A DNA stretch of 64,000 bases, taken from the NCBI GenBank assembly GCA_002787635.1, contig PCXK01000015.1, positions 68,869-132,868 of the forward strand. Direction: 5' to 3'. Below are positions 46,434-57,838 of this stretch, piece by piece; position 1 is the first letter of the stretch, and the number at the start of each line of letters is the position of its first letter. A program made the position numbers and the translations under genes. The stretch is from Alphaproteobacteria bacterium CG11_big_fil_rev_8_21_14_0_20_39_49. GTDB lineage: Bacteria; Pseudomonadota; Alphaproteobacteria; Rickettsiales; UBA6187. Under the pieces are notes generated by a model. It searched no databases and was not told the origin of the DNA. It saw nothing but the letters and a program-made list of their open reading frames with translations.

Positions 46434-47102
46434 ATGTCAGGCAATCCGTTTAAGTCCTACCGTGATTCATACGCTATAAATATGCGTCTTAACCACCCCA
46501 AAATAATAGTAGGTCACAGAAGCTATTATTCGGGTTATTACCATGGTTTACATTTTGAAGATTGCGTCCGCTATTTAGATAATGCCGATAAAAATAAAGA
46601 CTGCGATAAACTTATTATCGGAAAATATTGCTCTATAGCAAGTGGTGCTGTCTTTATGATGGGCGGAAATAACGGACACAGGCATGATTGGCTCGCCTCT
46701 TATCCACTTGATATAATAGAAAAAACCAGAAAGCCCGGCAAAAAAAATCTGGAAGGCTATCGCAAAAAAGGCGATACCGTAATCGGCAATGATGTCTGGA
46801 TAGGAACGGAAGCCATGATAATGCCGGGAGTCCAAATAGGTGACGGAGCGGTAATAGGTGCAAGGTCGGTAGTAACTAAAAATGTCGAGCCATATAATAT
46901 AGTAGGCGGCAACCCTGCCAAAGTTATAAAAAAACGCTTCACCGATGAGGAAATAAAAATCCTATTAAAAATAAAATGGTGGAATTTAGAAGAAGAAACT
47001 ATCCTAAAAAATATCGACCTGCTTAGAAGCGGTGATGTGAAAAGGCTGGAAGAAAATTTACAAAACCATCATAACAAAAAAAATCATAAGTACAAAAAAT
47101 GA
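46434..47102 (+). CDS. vat: Vat-family xenobiotic (streptogramin A-type) O-acetyltransferase, left-handed beta-helix
   Basis: It aligns by eye along its length with VatD as I recall it: GNPFKSY, IGKYCSIASG, GGNNGHRHDW, KGDTVIGNDVWIGTEAMIMPGVQIGDGAVIGARSVVTK, GGNPAKVIKKRF, IKWWN. Confidence 0.85.
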   Translation: MSGNPFKSYRDSYAINMRLNHPKIIVGHRSYYSGYYHGLHFEDCVRYLDNADKNKDCDKLIIGKYCSIASGAVFMMGGNNGHRHDWLASYPLDIIEKTRKPGKKNLEGYRKKGDTVIGNDVWIGTEAMIMPGVQIGDGAVIGARSVVTKNVEPYNIVGGNPAKVIKKRFTDEEIKILLKIKWWNLEEETILKNIDLLRSGDVKRLEENLQNHHNKKNHKYKK

Positions 47103-47139
47103 TACGATATTTTGCATTTTAATACTGAACGTAGTATGT

Positions 47140-48180
47140 TTAGTCACTGATTAACAATTTCAATAAGTCGTTTTTGTATCTTGGATATATTTGCGAGTTG
47201 TTTACTACCAACCTAGTCCACAATTCAATTTTATTCTTATTTGACACTTCCTCACGCCAATATCGGCTTAACTCAATCACATTCTTTGATTTTATAAGAC
47301 GTTTAATATCTTTGATATTTTCAACCAAATGACCATAAATTCTTGGGAGTTTAATGTCATTGCCATTTAAGTTTATAAGTATTTGTCCACCTGCACTAAA
47401 AGTATCACGTAAAGATGGCGAAACAATACCGTACTTTGACACCAACCAAGATGATAACTGCAAGTATTTTTTAGGACTTGCACCAAACAACTCAGGAAAC
47501 AAAGCAAAAGCCTCTATCCTTTTTTGCCTTTTCTCACTTTCATTTAAATTACTCCATTGAGTGACCGTTAGATTGGAGGTCTTTTCACTATCCATCCACC
47601 ATAGCTCATCACCTTCTTTTAATTTAGACCTGTAATAATCAACAATAGGTTTTATAGGGTTTTTTCTGGTTCTCAGGTCATCATAGCTAATGCCAAGCTT
47701 ACTAAAAATAGTATCTTCTTCACACAAATTCATGTCAATTAAATATCTGGGCGAGTGAGTTACCGCCACCTCATATAAGCAATCCTCATATTTACGAAAT
47801 TTAAAATCAACGGGATTGGATAACTTACCGAATAATAGATATATTTTTTCTATTCCATCAACTCTTGAGCTTTCTAAAACACTATTTCCCGTACTCTTCC
47901 AATCTTTTCCTTTTGAGGTTTTAACCTCAACGCCATAATATTTATTAGCAATAATATCAGGAAATTTTTGTCCGGAAATTCTTTCTATAGAGCCTTCAAA
48001 TTTAGTTCCCTTAGCATGTTTGACCATAGAGTCTAAAACATCTTCTTCCAAAGCTATACCGCCTCTTGAAAGGTAATAACTTTTCTTAGACTCCGACTCT
48101 TTTTTGAGGTGTGTTTGCGTAGCCTCAAGTAGCGACACAAACTGCTCTTCCGGAGCTTGTTTGTTCTTTGATATAATCAT
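47140..48180 (-). CDS. Putative type II restriction endonuclease (PD-ExK)
   Basis: FPDIIANKYYGVEVKTSKG contains a PD...ExK-type catalytic motif. It lies immediately downstream of, and overlaps by 56 nt, a C5 DNA methyltransferase gene. No family-level match recognised. Confidence 0.55.
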   Translation of the reverse strand: MIISKNKQAPEEQFVSLLEATQTHLKKESESKKSYYLSRGGIALEEDVLDSMVKHAKGTKFEGSIERISGQKFPDIIANKYYGVEVKTSKGKDWKSTGNSVLESSRVDGIEKIYLLFGKLSNPVDFKFRKYEDCLYEVAVTHSPRYLIDMNLCEEDTIFSKLGISYDDLRTRKNPIKPIVDYYRSKLKEGDELWWMDSEKTSNLTVTQWSNLNESEKRQKRIEAFALFPELFGASPKKYLQLSSWLVSKYGIVSPSLRDTFSAGGQILINLNGNDIKLPRIYGHLVENIKDIKRLIKSKNVIELSRYWREEVSNKNKIELWTRLVVNNSQIYPRYKNDLLKLLISD

Positions 48181-49429
48181 TTGTTGTTACTTCACTTTTA
48201 AAAACTTCATTCCAAATTTTTTGTATTCTTTGTGCTAAATTATAGGCTAACAAAGGGGGAACTGCATTTCCAATTAATTTATAAGCCTCTGAAGCACTTA
48301 GGCTGGCTTTTCCATTATTAAACACAAACTCATAGTCATCCGGAAATGTTTGTATTCTGGCACACTCCCTAATAGTTAACCGCCTTTCCTCTAACCCTTT
48401 ATTTAATTCATTTTCTATCTTTCCACCATGTTCAAGGGAAAGTCTTCTGAACTCAATATTTCCATGATGCTCCGACCTTATAGTGGGGGATACACCATCT
48501 AACTTAATCTCAGTTTGTCCCTGACAGTGCTTACCCATCCATTTTGCTTTTGAGTATTTCTTTTGAGATAAGTCTTTTTTTTCAATTTCAGGCTCATTCA
48601 ATTCATTAAAAATCTTATCCAAGGTTACATTAGGCAATAATATATTAGATATGCTATCACTTCCCAAATAGTGAGTTGGCTTAGGAAAAGGAAAAAGCGG
48701 CGAGTCGTGAAACTCTATTAGCTCCTCGACACCATCCTTTAAAGCCTCTTTTAAAAAACCGATAAAAAATACTCTTTCCCTGTTTTGTGGAACTCCATAA
48801 TTAGCGGCATTTAATAATTTAGCCTCAACAACTAAATAACCATTACCACCGATAGAAGAAAAATCCTTTTGAATTATTTCTTTAGCATCACCAAGAGTAA
48901 GCAACCCTTTTACATTCTCGGCTATAAAAACTTTGGGCTTTACTATATCTATAACCTCTCGCATCCAATAGTAAAGCATTCCACGGCTTTCTGTTGTAGC
49001 CTCATCAACATGCTTGTTGTTATGGCATTTGTGGGAACTAAATCCTTTTCTTTTTCCAGCTAAACTAAAATCCTGACAAGGAAATCCACCAGTAACAACA
49101 TCAATGTTTTTAGGAAACTCGAAAATTCTACTTCTAGCCGCTTTTACTAAGTCAACTATGCTATTCGAATAAAACTTCGATTTTGTGCTTCTGGAGTTAA
49201 AATAATTTTCCCAAGCCACTTTTGCACTAGGCTTAATATCATTTGCAAAAACAGTTTCAAAACCAGTTGGTGCAAGCTTTACAAATCCATTTTTATTGGA
49301 CTTTCTGACCCAATCGGGGTATAAGTTCTTATTAACACAATCCTCTAAAACGTCAAAATTTCCTTCAAAGCCTAAATCCATCCCTCCGCAACCGGAGAAT
49401 AACGACAATACTTTCTTACTTTTTTTCAT
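48125..49429 (-). CDS. DNA (cytosine-5)-methyltransferase
   Basis: Motif I LFSGCGGMDLGF, IV GGFPCQDFSLAGKRKG, VI ENVKGL, VIII QNRERVFFIGF, IX RECARIQTFPDDYEF, X GNAVPPLLA. Confidence 0.9.
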   Translation of the reverse strand: MKKSKKVLSLFSGCGGMDLGFEGNFDVLEDCVNKNLYPDWVRKSNKNGFVKLAPTGFETVFANDIKPSAKVAWENYFNSRSTKSKFYSNSIVDLVKAARSRIFEFPKNIDVVTGGFPCQDFSLAGKRKGFSSHKCHNNKHVDEATTESRGMLYYWMREVIDIVKPKVFIAENVKGLLTLGDAKEIIQKDFSSIGGNGYLVVEAKLLNAANYGVPQNRERVFFIGFLKEALKDGVEELIEFHDSPLFPFPKPTHYLGSDSISNILLPNVTLDKIFNELNEPEIEKKDLSQKKYSKAKWMGKHCQGQTEIKLDGVSPTIRSEHHGNIEFRRLSLEHGGKIENELNKGLEERRLTIRECARIQTFPDDYEFVFNNGKASLSASEAYKLIGNAVPPLLAYNLAQRIQKIWNEVFKSEVTTNDYIKEQTSSGRAVCVAT

Positions 49430-49613
49430 AAAATTACTTTTTTATATTGTAAATATGAATCAACTAGGCATCTAGCTTAGATTAATACCTCTTTTTGTAA
49501 AGTCATTCAATATATTAAGAAGCGATAATATAACAGCATTGAAAAAAGCAATAATTGCCGAATAAAACTATTTTCTGTTTTTATTTGTCGGATTAATATA
49601 AAATATAAAGATA

Positions 49614-49685
49614 TTTTGTCATGCTGAATTTATTTCAGCATCTTTAAAAAAACAAAAACAGATCCTGAAACAATGATGACATCAT
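49614..49685. repeat. Repeat family A, internal part only (reverse orientation, lacks the termini)
   Basis: ttttgtcatgctgaatttatttcagcatc...agatcctgaaacaatgatgacatc corresponds to both internal hairpins of family A. Confidence 0.5.
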
Positions 49686-49722
49686 CTGTAAACTATACTC
49701 AATAAATATAAGGTTAAAAAAG

Positions 49723-50775
49723 ATGAAAAAAATAGTAGTTCTGGGGCTTGGGAAGGTAGGGACTTTAGTTGCAACTTTACTGCACGAATCAGGTTTTGAA
49801 GTGACCGGAATTGATATGGTCGCTAAAAAGCAGAAGTTCAAAACCTTGAAAGCCGGTGTTACGGAGTATAAATCACTCCTGAAAATCCTGAAAGAAAATG
49901 ATGCGGTTGTTTCATGCCTGCCCTACAACCTGAATGAGAATGTGGTAAAAGCGGCATATGAGGCAGGCATACATTATTTTGACCTGACCGAAGACGTGCC
50001 TACCTCCGAATATATCAAGAAGCTATCTAAAACCGCAAAAGGCGTTATGGCTCCTCAATGCGGATTGGCTCCGGGTTTTATAGCAATAGTGGGGGCAAGT
50101 CTGGCAGCAAAATTCTCAAAACTGCGTTCTATAGAACTGCGTGTAGGTGCGTTGCCTCAACACCCAAAAGGCGAGCTTGGCTACGCTTTTAACTGGTCGC
50201 CTGAAGGAGTTGTAAACGAATATCTGAACGACTGTATTGTAATTCAGGGAGGGAAAATTAAGAAAGTTCCGGCGTTGCAATATCTTGATAAAATAGTAAT
50301 CAAGGGTGATACGCTTGAATCCTTCACTACGTCGGGCGGCTTAGGCACTATGTGCGAAACATATGAAGGCAAAGTTGACGAACTATTTTATAAAACCATG
50401 CGTTATCCGGGGCATATGAAACTTATGCGTTTTTTCTTTCATGAGCTATTGATGCGTGAAAACAGAAAAGAAGCCGGTGAAATACTAACAAAAGCAAAAC
50501 CCCCTGTTAATGATGATGTAGTTTATGTCCATGCCGCAGTTGAAGGCTATAAGGGAAAGCAACTATCACGTGATGAATTTGTAAAGGCATATTACCCGAA
50601 AACTATTGCCGGCAAGCAATGGCGTGCCATTTCATGGACAACTGCATGTTCCATTGCCGCCACCATTGAGATGGTTGCAAACGGTGAGTTGCCTGATAAG
50701 GGATTTTTAAAACAGGAAGATATTCCGCTGGAAAAATTCCTGAAGACAAAGAACGGAAGTTACTATAATGACTAG
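49723..50775 (+). CDS. Saccharopine dehydrogenase-like NAD(P)-binding oxidoreductase
   Basis: Rossmann N-terminus MKKIVVLGLGKVGTLVA. The central and C-terminal regions (GLAPGF..., NWSPEGVVNEY, TSGGLGT) are typical of the Sacchrp_dh family. Confidence 0.7.
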   Translation: MKKIVVLGLGKVGTLVATLLHESGFEVTGIDMVAKKQKFKTLKAGVTEYKSLLKILKENDAVVSCLPYNLNENVVKAAYEAGIHYFDLTEDVPTSEYIKKLSKTAKGVMAPQCGLAPGFIAIVGASLAAKFSKLRSIELRVGALPQHPKGELGYAFNWSPEGVVNEYLNDCIVIQGGKIKKVPALQYLDKIVIKGDTLESFTTSGGLGTMCETYEGKVDELFYKTMRYPGHMKLMRFFFHELLMRENRKEAGEILTKAKPPVNDDVVYVHAAVEGYKGKQLSRDEFVKAYYPKTIAGKQWRAISWTTACSIAATIEMVANGELPDKGFLKQEDIPLEKFLKTKNGSYYND

Positions 50776-52094
50776 TCTTCTTCCAGCTCAAACACGGTTT
50801 TTCCACCAACAATAGTGCGAACTGCTCTACCCTTTACTTTATATCCGTCAAAAGGAGAGTTCTTTGACTTACTGCTAAATTCACATGATTGAATTTCCCA
50901 ACTTGCATATACATCAATTAATGTCAGGTCGGCAGCTAAGCCTTCTTTAATTCTGCCTACAGGCTTACCGATTACATCGGCTGCCTTATATGTCATCTTC
51001 CCTAAAACCTCAGGCAAACTCATATACCCATTATGGTAAAGCTCCAAAGAAAGCGGCAGCATGGTTTCAAGCCCCACAATACCGAATGCCGCATCCGATA
51101 TATGCACGCATTTTGAATCAGGCTCGTGCGGAGCATGGTCGGTAGCTATAACATCTATAGTGCCGTCCTTTAATCCCTCGATAATGGCAAGCTTATCTTT
51201 TTCCGCTCGAAGAGGCGGGTTCATTTTAGCCAGAGTGTCCCATTGCTCTACCGCATGGTCGGTCAACACAAAATGGTGCGGTGCTGCCTCACATGTAACA
51301 TTGAAGCCTTTTGCCTTGGCACGTCTTACCGCTTCAATTGCCTGATGTGTAGAGATGTGCAATACATGGTAATGCCCTTTGGTAAGTTCGAGCAATAGCA
51401 GATCACGCTCAACTATAATTGCCTCTGATGCGTTCGGTACACCTTTTAAACCTAATTTTTGCGATATCTCACCTTCATTTATACAACCGCCGTCAGAAAG
51501 GTTTTTGTCCTCAGCGTGTTGTGAAATTAATATACCGAGTTCTTCGGCTTTTTCCATCGCACGACGCATGGTAAGCGAGTTCATCACAGGCAGTCCGTCA
51601 TCACTGAAACCGATTACCCCCGCTTCTTTTAACGCCTGCATATCGGTCAATTCCTGACCTTTTAGCCCTTTAGTGATAGATGCGTAGGTATATGTATTTA
51701 CATAAGCGTCTTTTTGTATTGCCTTGTATAACTCATTGACCACTTCTACGGAATCTATTACCGGGGAAGTATTTGCCATACATACACATGTCGTAACCCC
51801 TCCTGCTGCCGCTGACTTTGTTCCGGTTATGATATCTTCCTTATATTCCTGACCGGGAGTTCTGAAATGCACCTGTATGTCAAGTAGACCGGGGCAAAGT
51901 ACACACCACCGGCAATCAATTATTTCCATATCGTCAGACGGCACGATGTCGGAGCCGAACCGGCTTATCTTTCCATCTTTTACTATTAAAGTCCCCACTT
52001 CGTCATATCCTGATTCGGGGTCGATTATCCTTGCATTTATAAATGCGGTATCTTTAAGTTCGATTTCTTGAGGGCGGTAGAATATCTGTGGCAT
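50772..52094 (-). CDS. pyrC: Dihydroorotase (amidohydrolase, long type)
   Basis: PGLLDIQVHFRTPG (HxH metal site), AAAGGVTT, HVLHIST, IATDHAPH. Confidence 0.9.
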   Translation of the reverse strand: MPQIFYRPQEIELKDTAFINARIIDPESGYDEVGTLIVKDGKISRFGSDIVPSDDMEIIDCRWCVLCPGLLDIQVHFRTPGQEYKEDIITGTKSAAAGGVTTCVCMANTSPVIDSVEVVNELYKAIQKDAYVNTYTYASITKGLKGQELTDMQALKEAGVIGFSDDGLPVMNSLTMRRAMEKAEELGILISQHAEDKNLSDGGCINEGEISQKLGLKGVPNASEAIIVERDLLLLELTKGHYHVLHISTHQAIEAVRRAKAKGFNVTCEAAPHHFVLTDHAVEQWDTLAKMNPPLRAEKDKLAIIEGLKDGTIDVIATDHAPHEPDSKCVHISDAAFGIVGLETMLPLSLELYHNGYMSLPEVLGKMTYKAADVIGKPVGRIKEGLAADLTLIDVYASWEIQSCEFSSKSKNSPFDGYKVKGRAVRTIVGGKTVFELEED

Positions 52095-52271
52095 GGTCTT
52101 CTTTTATATAGTTTTTAGCAAGACTATAGCTTCTTTAGAAGAAGAAAACCATATTTTTTTAGTATAGTGTTTCGGAGGAGTGTTCAATAACAATATATTT
52201 GTCATGCATCTTATTTCAGCATCTACTTTAGTTAACCTCGGCTATGTATAAGAGTTTTGTAAAAACAAACA

Positions 52272-52380
52272 GTCCGTCATACTCCGGCTTGACCGGAGTA
52301 TCCAAGAATATAAATAATGCACGCACTTTGTGCGTACTTTTTTTATTTCTCTTGGATTCCGGCTTTCGCCGGAATGACAG
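52272..52380. repeat. Palindromic repeat family D, copy D1
   Basis: gtccgtcatactccggcttgaccggagtatccaag...aatgcacgcactttgtgcgtac...cttggattccggctttcgccggaatgacag contains three nested hairpins. The first two-thirds recur at 63934-64000. Confidence 0.65.
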
Positions 52381-52436
52381 CTTAAGTAAAAAACAAATAG
52401 TTATATAATTATATAACATCTTAAGCGTAGTTGAGG

Positions 52437-53174
52437 TTACTTTGTAAAATCATAAAAAATAGTGGCTAAATAAGATCCTATAGCCCCAAGAACGATAGCT
52501 GAAATCGAGGTAATAACTATTGACCATAGGGGGTGTTTCTTTACAAAACCCGCAATTCGGTAGAACATTGGTTTTTTAATTCGTGAAACTTCATTCTGAA
52601 TTTTACTAATGGCCTCCTCTGATATGCGATCGTTTTTCATTCGTTCTACACATTCAAAGCATATTCTAGGTTTGTGACAAGAGTATATGATATCATATTT
52701 GTATCCAGCCATATCGAATAGACATCCACGAGTTTCGTCATGCGTGTATCTTGTAGTTTCCTCTCCTATTGATGGAATATTACCCCATCTTTTAAAAATG
52801 ATTGTATAGGCATAAATTAAACGGTAAATAACATTCTCTAGCGGTATATTTTCACGTAACAATAGATGCTTTATCTCATGAAAGGTTATAACTGCTGTAT
52901 TATCACCCAAGCCGCGAGCATAATAATTACCTTTAAGGGGAACATTAACAATTACTAATAAGCAATCACCCCTATGTTGTTTAGGGAGTGTTTGCCGAAT
53001 AATTTCATCAGTATATTCCCACGAACCACCATCAGAATCACCATTAAGACTGTAACTTTCAATGTCACCAAGAATATTAAAGACTTTTGATTTCCATGAT
53101 TTAATTTTCTTTCTATCAAACTCGGCAGGCATCTGACCAATTGTTGCTATAGTTACCTGAGTTGAATTTGTCAT
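52437..53174 (-). CDS. Hypothetical tail-anchored membrane protein (245 aa)
   Basis: Single C-terminal TM (LWSIVITSISAIVLGAIGSYLATIF). It contains HEIKH and a Cys cluster (GCLFDM...SCHKPRICFEC). No RBS seen; AT-rich. Confidence 0.4.
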   Translation of the reverse strand: MTNSTQVTIATIGQMPAEFDRKKIKSWKSKVFNILGDIESYSLNGDSDGGSWEYTDEIIRQTLPKQHRGDCLLVIVNVPLKGNYYARGLGDNTAVITFHEIKHLLLRENIPLENVIYRLIYAYTIIFKRWGNIPSIGEETTRYTHDETRGCLFDMAGYKYDIIYSCHKPRICFECVERMKNDRISEEAISKIQNEVSRIKKPMFYRIAGFVKKHPLWSIVITSISAIVLGAIGSYLATIFYDFTK

Positions 53175-53285
53175 AATTATATTCTGAAAATTTCTAACGT
53201 AGGTAGTGTAATTTGTTTGTTTAATACAGTCAATTAAAATTGAAAATACCCACTGTTTCGGAAATGCTAATATTTTTGAACAACA

Positions 53286-53498
53286 CTATTCTTTTTTATC
53301 ATCATCGGTCTTATCTTCACTTTTTAAGGGCTTCGATGTTACCATGGATATTGAAACACCGGCTATTACGGCTATGAACATGGTTAGCAGCACCTTGAAA
53401 AACATTTCGGTTGAAAGATAATTTGTCCAAAGCCGGTCAACAACCAATACACCGACAACCAATATAACAATTAGCCAAGTAATATTTTTTAGGTTCAT
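53286..53498 (-). CDS. Small two-TM membrane protein (70 aa), hypothetical
   Basis: Two hydrophobic helices, acidic/lysine tail, AAGGT RBS-like sequence upstream. Confidence 0.35.
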   Translation of the reverse strand: MNLKNITWLIVILVVGVLVVDRLWTNYLSTEMFFKVLLTMFIAVIAGVSISMVTSKPLKSEDKTDDDKKE

Positions 53499-53611
53499 GA
53501 TTTTTACCTTATTAATTTATATTTAACAGACTTTAGTATTAATATTCATTTATCACAAACTGTAAATAAAATATCATAAGTTTTCATTATTATTAATAGT
53601 GGATTTACTCC

Positions 53612-53639
53612 TTGCTTTTTAAAGAAAAACTCATATAAT
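53612..53639 (+). promoter_or_regulatory. Candidate sigma70-type promoter for ilvC
   Basis: TTGCTT, 16-nt spacer, TATAAT, ending about 30 nt upstream of the ATG at 53672. The AT-rich context makes chance matches likely. Confidence 0.35.
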
Positions 53640-53659
53640 TTGCGTTCTTTCCCGAATAA

Positions 53660-54739
<1,080 letters not shown>

Positions 54740-54765
54740 AAAGCAGATTTAGGATAAAACCTTTT

Positions 54766-54799
54766 AAAAACCCCGTTCTTTTACAAGGCGGGGTTTTTT
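54766..54799 (+). terminator. Rho-independent terminator after ilvC
   Basis: aaaaaccccg-(13 nt)-cggggtttttt. Confidence 0.6.
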
Positions 54800-54951
54800 G
54801 TTGAGAGTTTCAATATGAAAAACATCTTTATAAACTTTACAAATAAAAGCTTAACAATATACTTTGCACGTTGGTTTAAACGCTCATGCGAAAATTTTCT
54901 GCTCTGTGAATATTAACAAGATGTTAGGTATAATATAGGTGCAAAAAAATT

Positions 54952-55086
54952 CGGAATTGTAAGTTTTGTTTTTGTCACCCTGAACTTGATTCAGGGTCTT
55001 TTAAAAGTAAAATGAGATGCTGAAATAAATTCAGCATGACAAAAACAAATAAATTTTAACGGTTTAACAGTTAAACGTACAGTTCC
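54952..55086. repeat. Repeat family A, full copy A3 (27 nt upstream of leuA)
   Basis: cggaattgtaagttttg...gtcaccctgaacttgattcagggtc...gatgctgaaataaattcagcatgacaaaaa...ttaaacgtacagttcc. Confidence 0.7.
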
Positions 55087-55112
55087 TAAAAAATTTAACG
55101 GAAAAAAACAAA

Positions 55113-56651
55113 ATGACTAAAGACAAGATAAAAATATTTGATACTACATTGCGTGACGGTGAGCAATCACCCGGTGCAACAATGAATATGGACGAGAAGA
55201 TATTAATAGCTGAAACTCTTGATAAGATGGGCGTTGATATAATTGAGGCAGGTTTTGCCATTGCGTCAAAGGGAGATTTTGAAGCGGTAAATAAAGTTGC
55301 CAAGAAGGTGAAGAACGCCACCGTTTGCTCGCTTGCAAGGACTGTGAAGGCTGACATTGAAGCTGCGGCAGAGGCTATAAAGCCTGCAAAAAGAGGGCGT
55401 ATCCACACATTCATTTCAACCAGCCCTATTCATATGAAGCACAAGTTGAATATGAACGAGGAGCAGGTTTTGGAACGCACCCGTGATATGGTAAAATTAG
55501 CCCGTAATTTATGTGATGATGTTGAGTGGTCGGCGGAGGACGCTACCCGTACAGACCATGATTTTTTATGCAAAACTGTTGAAGCTGCTATTGCCGCAGG
55601 TGCTACCACTATCAATTTGCCTGATACGGTAGGGTACACCACCCCTTTAGAATATGCAGGTTTGATAGCTATGATAAAAAACCGTGTACCCAATGTTGAC
55701 AAGGCCGTTTTATCGGTACACTGCCATAACGATCTCGGCTTGGCGGTTGCTAATTCATTGGCGGCGGTTAGTGCCGGTGCAAGGCAGATAGAATGCACTA
55801 TCAACGGGCTTGGTGAAAGAGCGGGAAATGCTGCCATGGAAGAAATAGTAATGGCAATCAAAACCCGTAATGACATCATGCCTTATGACACAAATATTGA
55901 CACCACCCAGATTATGCGTGCATCAAAATTAGTATCTACCGTTACAGGCTTTGTAGTGCAGAACAACAAGGCAATAGTAGGTGCAAACGCCTTTGCACAT
56001 GAATCGGGCGTACATCAGGACGGCATGTTGAAAAACGCCTCCACCTACGAGATAATGACACCTGAATCTGTCGGCTTGCACAAATCAAAATTGGTTATGG
56101 GTAAATTATCAGGTCGTCATGCCTTTAAAAATAAACTGGAAGAATTGGGTTTTGAGTTGGGAGATAACGCTTTTGAGGAGGCATTTAACAACTTCAAAAA
56201 CTTAGCTGACAAAAAGAAAGAGATTTATGATGAAGATATTATTGCACTTATTGATAATAGTGCTATTAACAATAAAGGGTTGGTCGAACTTTTAAGTTTG
56301 CAGGTTCATTGCGGTTCTGTTGATGACCCGAAAGCTGTTATAAAACTTGCAGTTGAGGGCAAGACCAAAGAAATAGAAGCAACGGGTGACGGTCCTGTTG
56401 ATGCTATTTTTAATGGAATAAAAAAATTAGTTACGCATGACGCAAAACTGGAATTATATCAGGTTCATGCGGTAACAGGTGGAACCGATGCACAGGCTGA
56501 GGTTACGGTAAGGCTGAATAAGGATGGAAAAATAATTAGCGGTAATTACCGTGATACGGATACTTTGGTTGCATCGGCAGGAGCTTATATTGCTGCTGTA
56601 AATAAACTAAAGAAGCTTGACGAGAATGCAAATAAAGAGCATGTTGTTTAA
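55113..56651 (+). CDS. leuA: 2-isopropylmalate synthase
   Basis: IFDTTLRDGEQSPG, HCHNDLGLAVANSLAAV, GLGERAGNAAMEE, and a C-terminal LeuA dimerisation/regulatory domain. Confidence 0.95.
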   Translation: MTKDKIKIFDTTLRDGEQSPGATMNMDEKILIAETLDKMGVDIIEAGFAIASKGDFEAVNKVAKKVKNATVCSLARTVKADIEAAAEAIKPAKRGRIHTFISTSPIHMKHKLNMNEEQVLERTRDMVKLARNLCDDVEWSAEDATRTDHDFLCKTVEAAIAAGATTINLPDTVGYTTPLEYAGLIAMIKNRVPNVDKAVLSVHCHNDLGLAVANSLAAVSAGARQIECTINGLGERAGNAAMEEIVMAIKTRNDIMPYDTNIDTTQIMRASKLVSTVTGFVVQNNKAIVGANAFAHESGVHQDGMLKNASTYEIMTPESVGLHKSKLVMGKLSGRHAFKNKLEELGFELGDNAFEEAFNNFKNLADKKKEIYDEDIIALIDNSAINNKGLVELLSLQVHCGSVDDPKAVIKLAVEGKTKEIEATGDGPVDAIFNGIKKLVTHDAKLELYQVHAVTGGTDAQAEVTVRLNKDGKIISGNYRDTDTLVASAGAYIAAVNKLKKLDENANKEHVV

Positions 56652-56779
56652 AAATAGAAATTTTAATTTTTTATGACGGTGCGGTAGTAGAAGATTTTTC
56701 GAGTCCGTTAATAATTCGTTAAGATTTAATAGTTATATTCCGGATTCCAAATAGTTAGGTTATTAAAGTTTTAAGATAG

Positions 56780-57835
<1,056 letters not shown>

Positions 57836-57838
57836 TGA

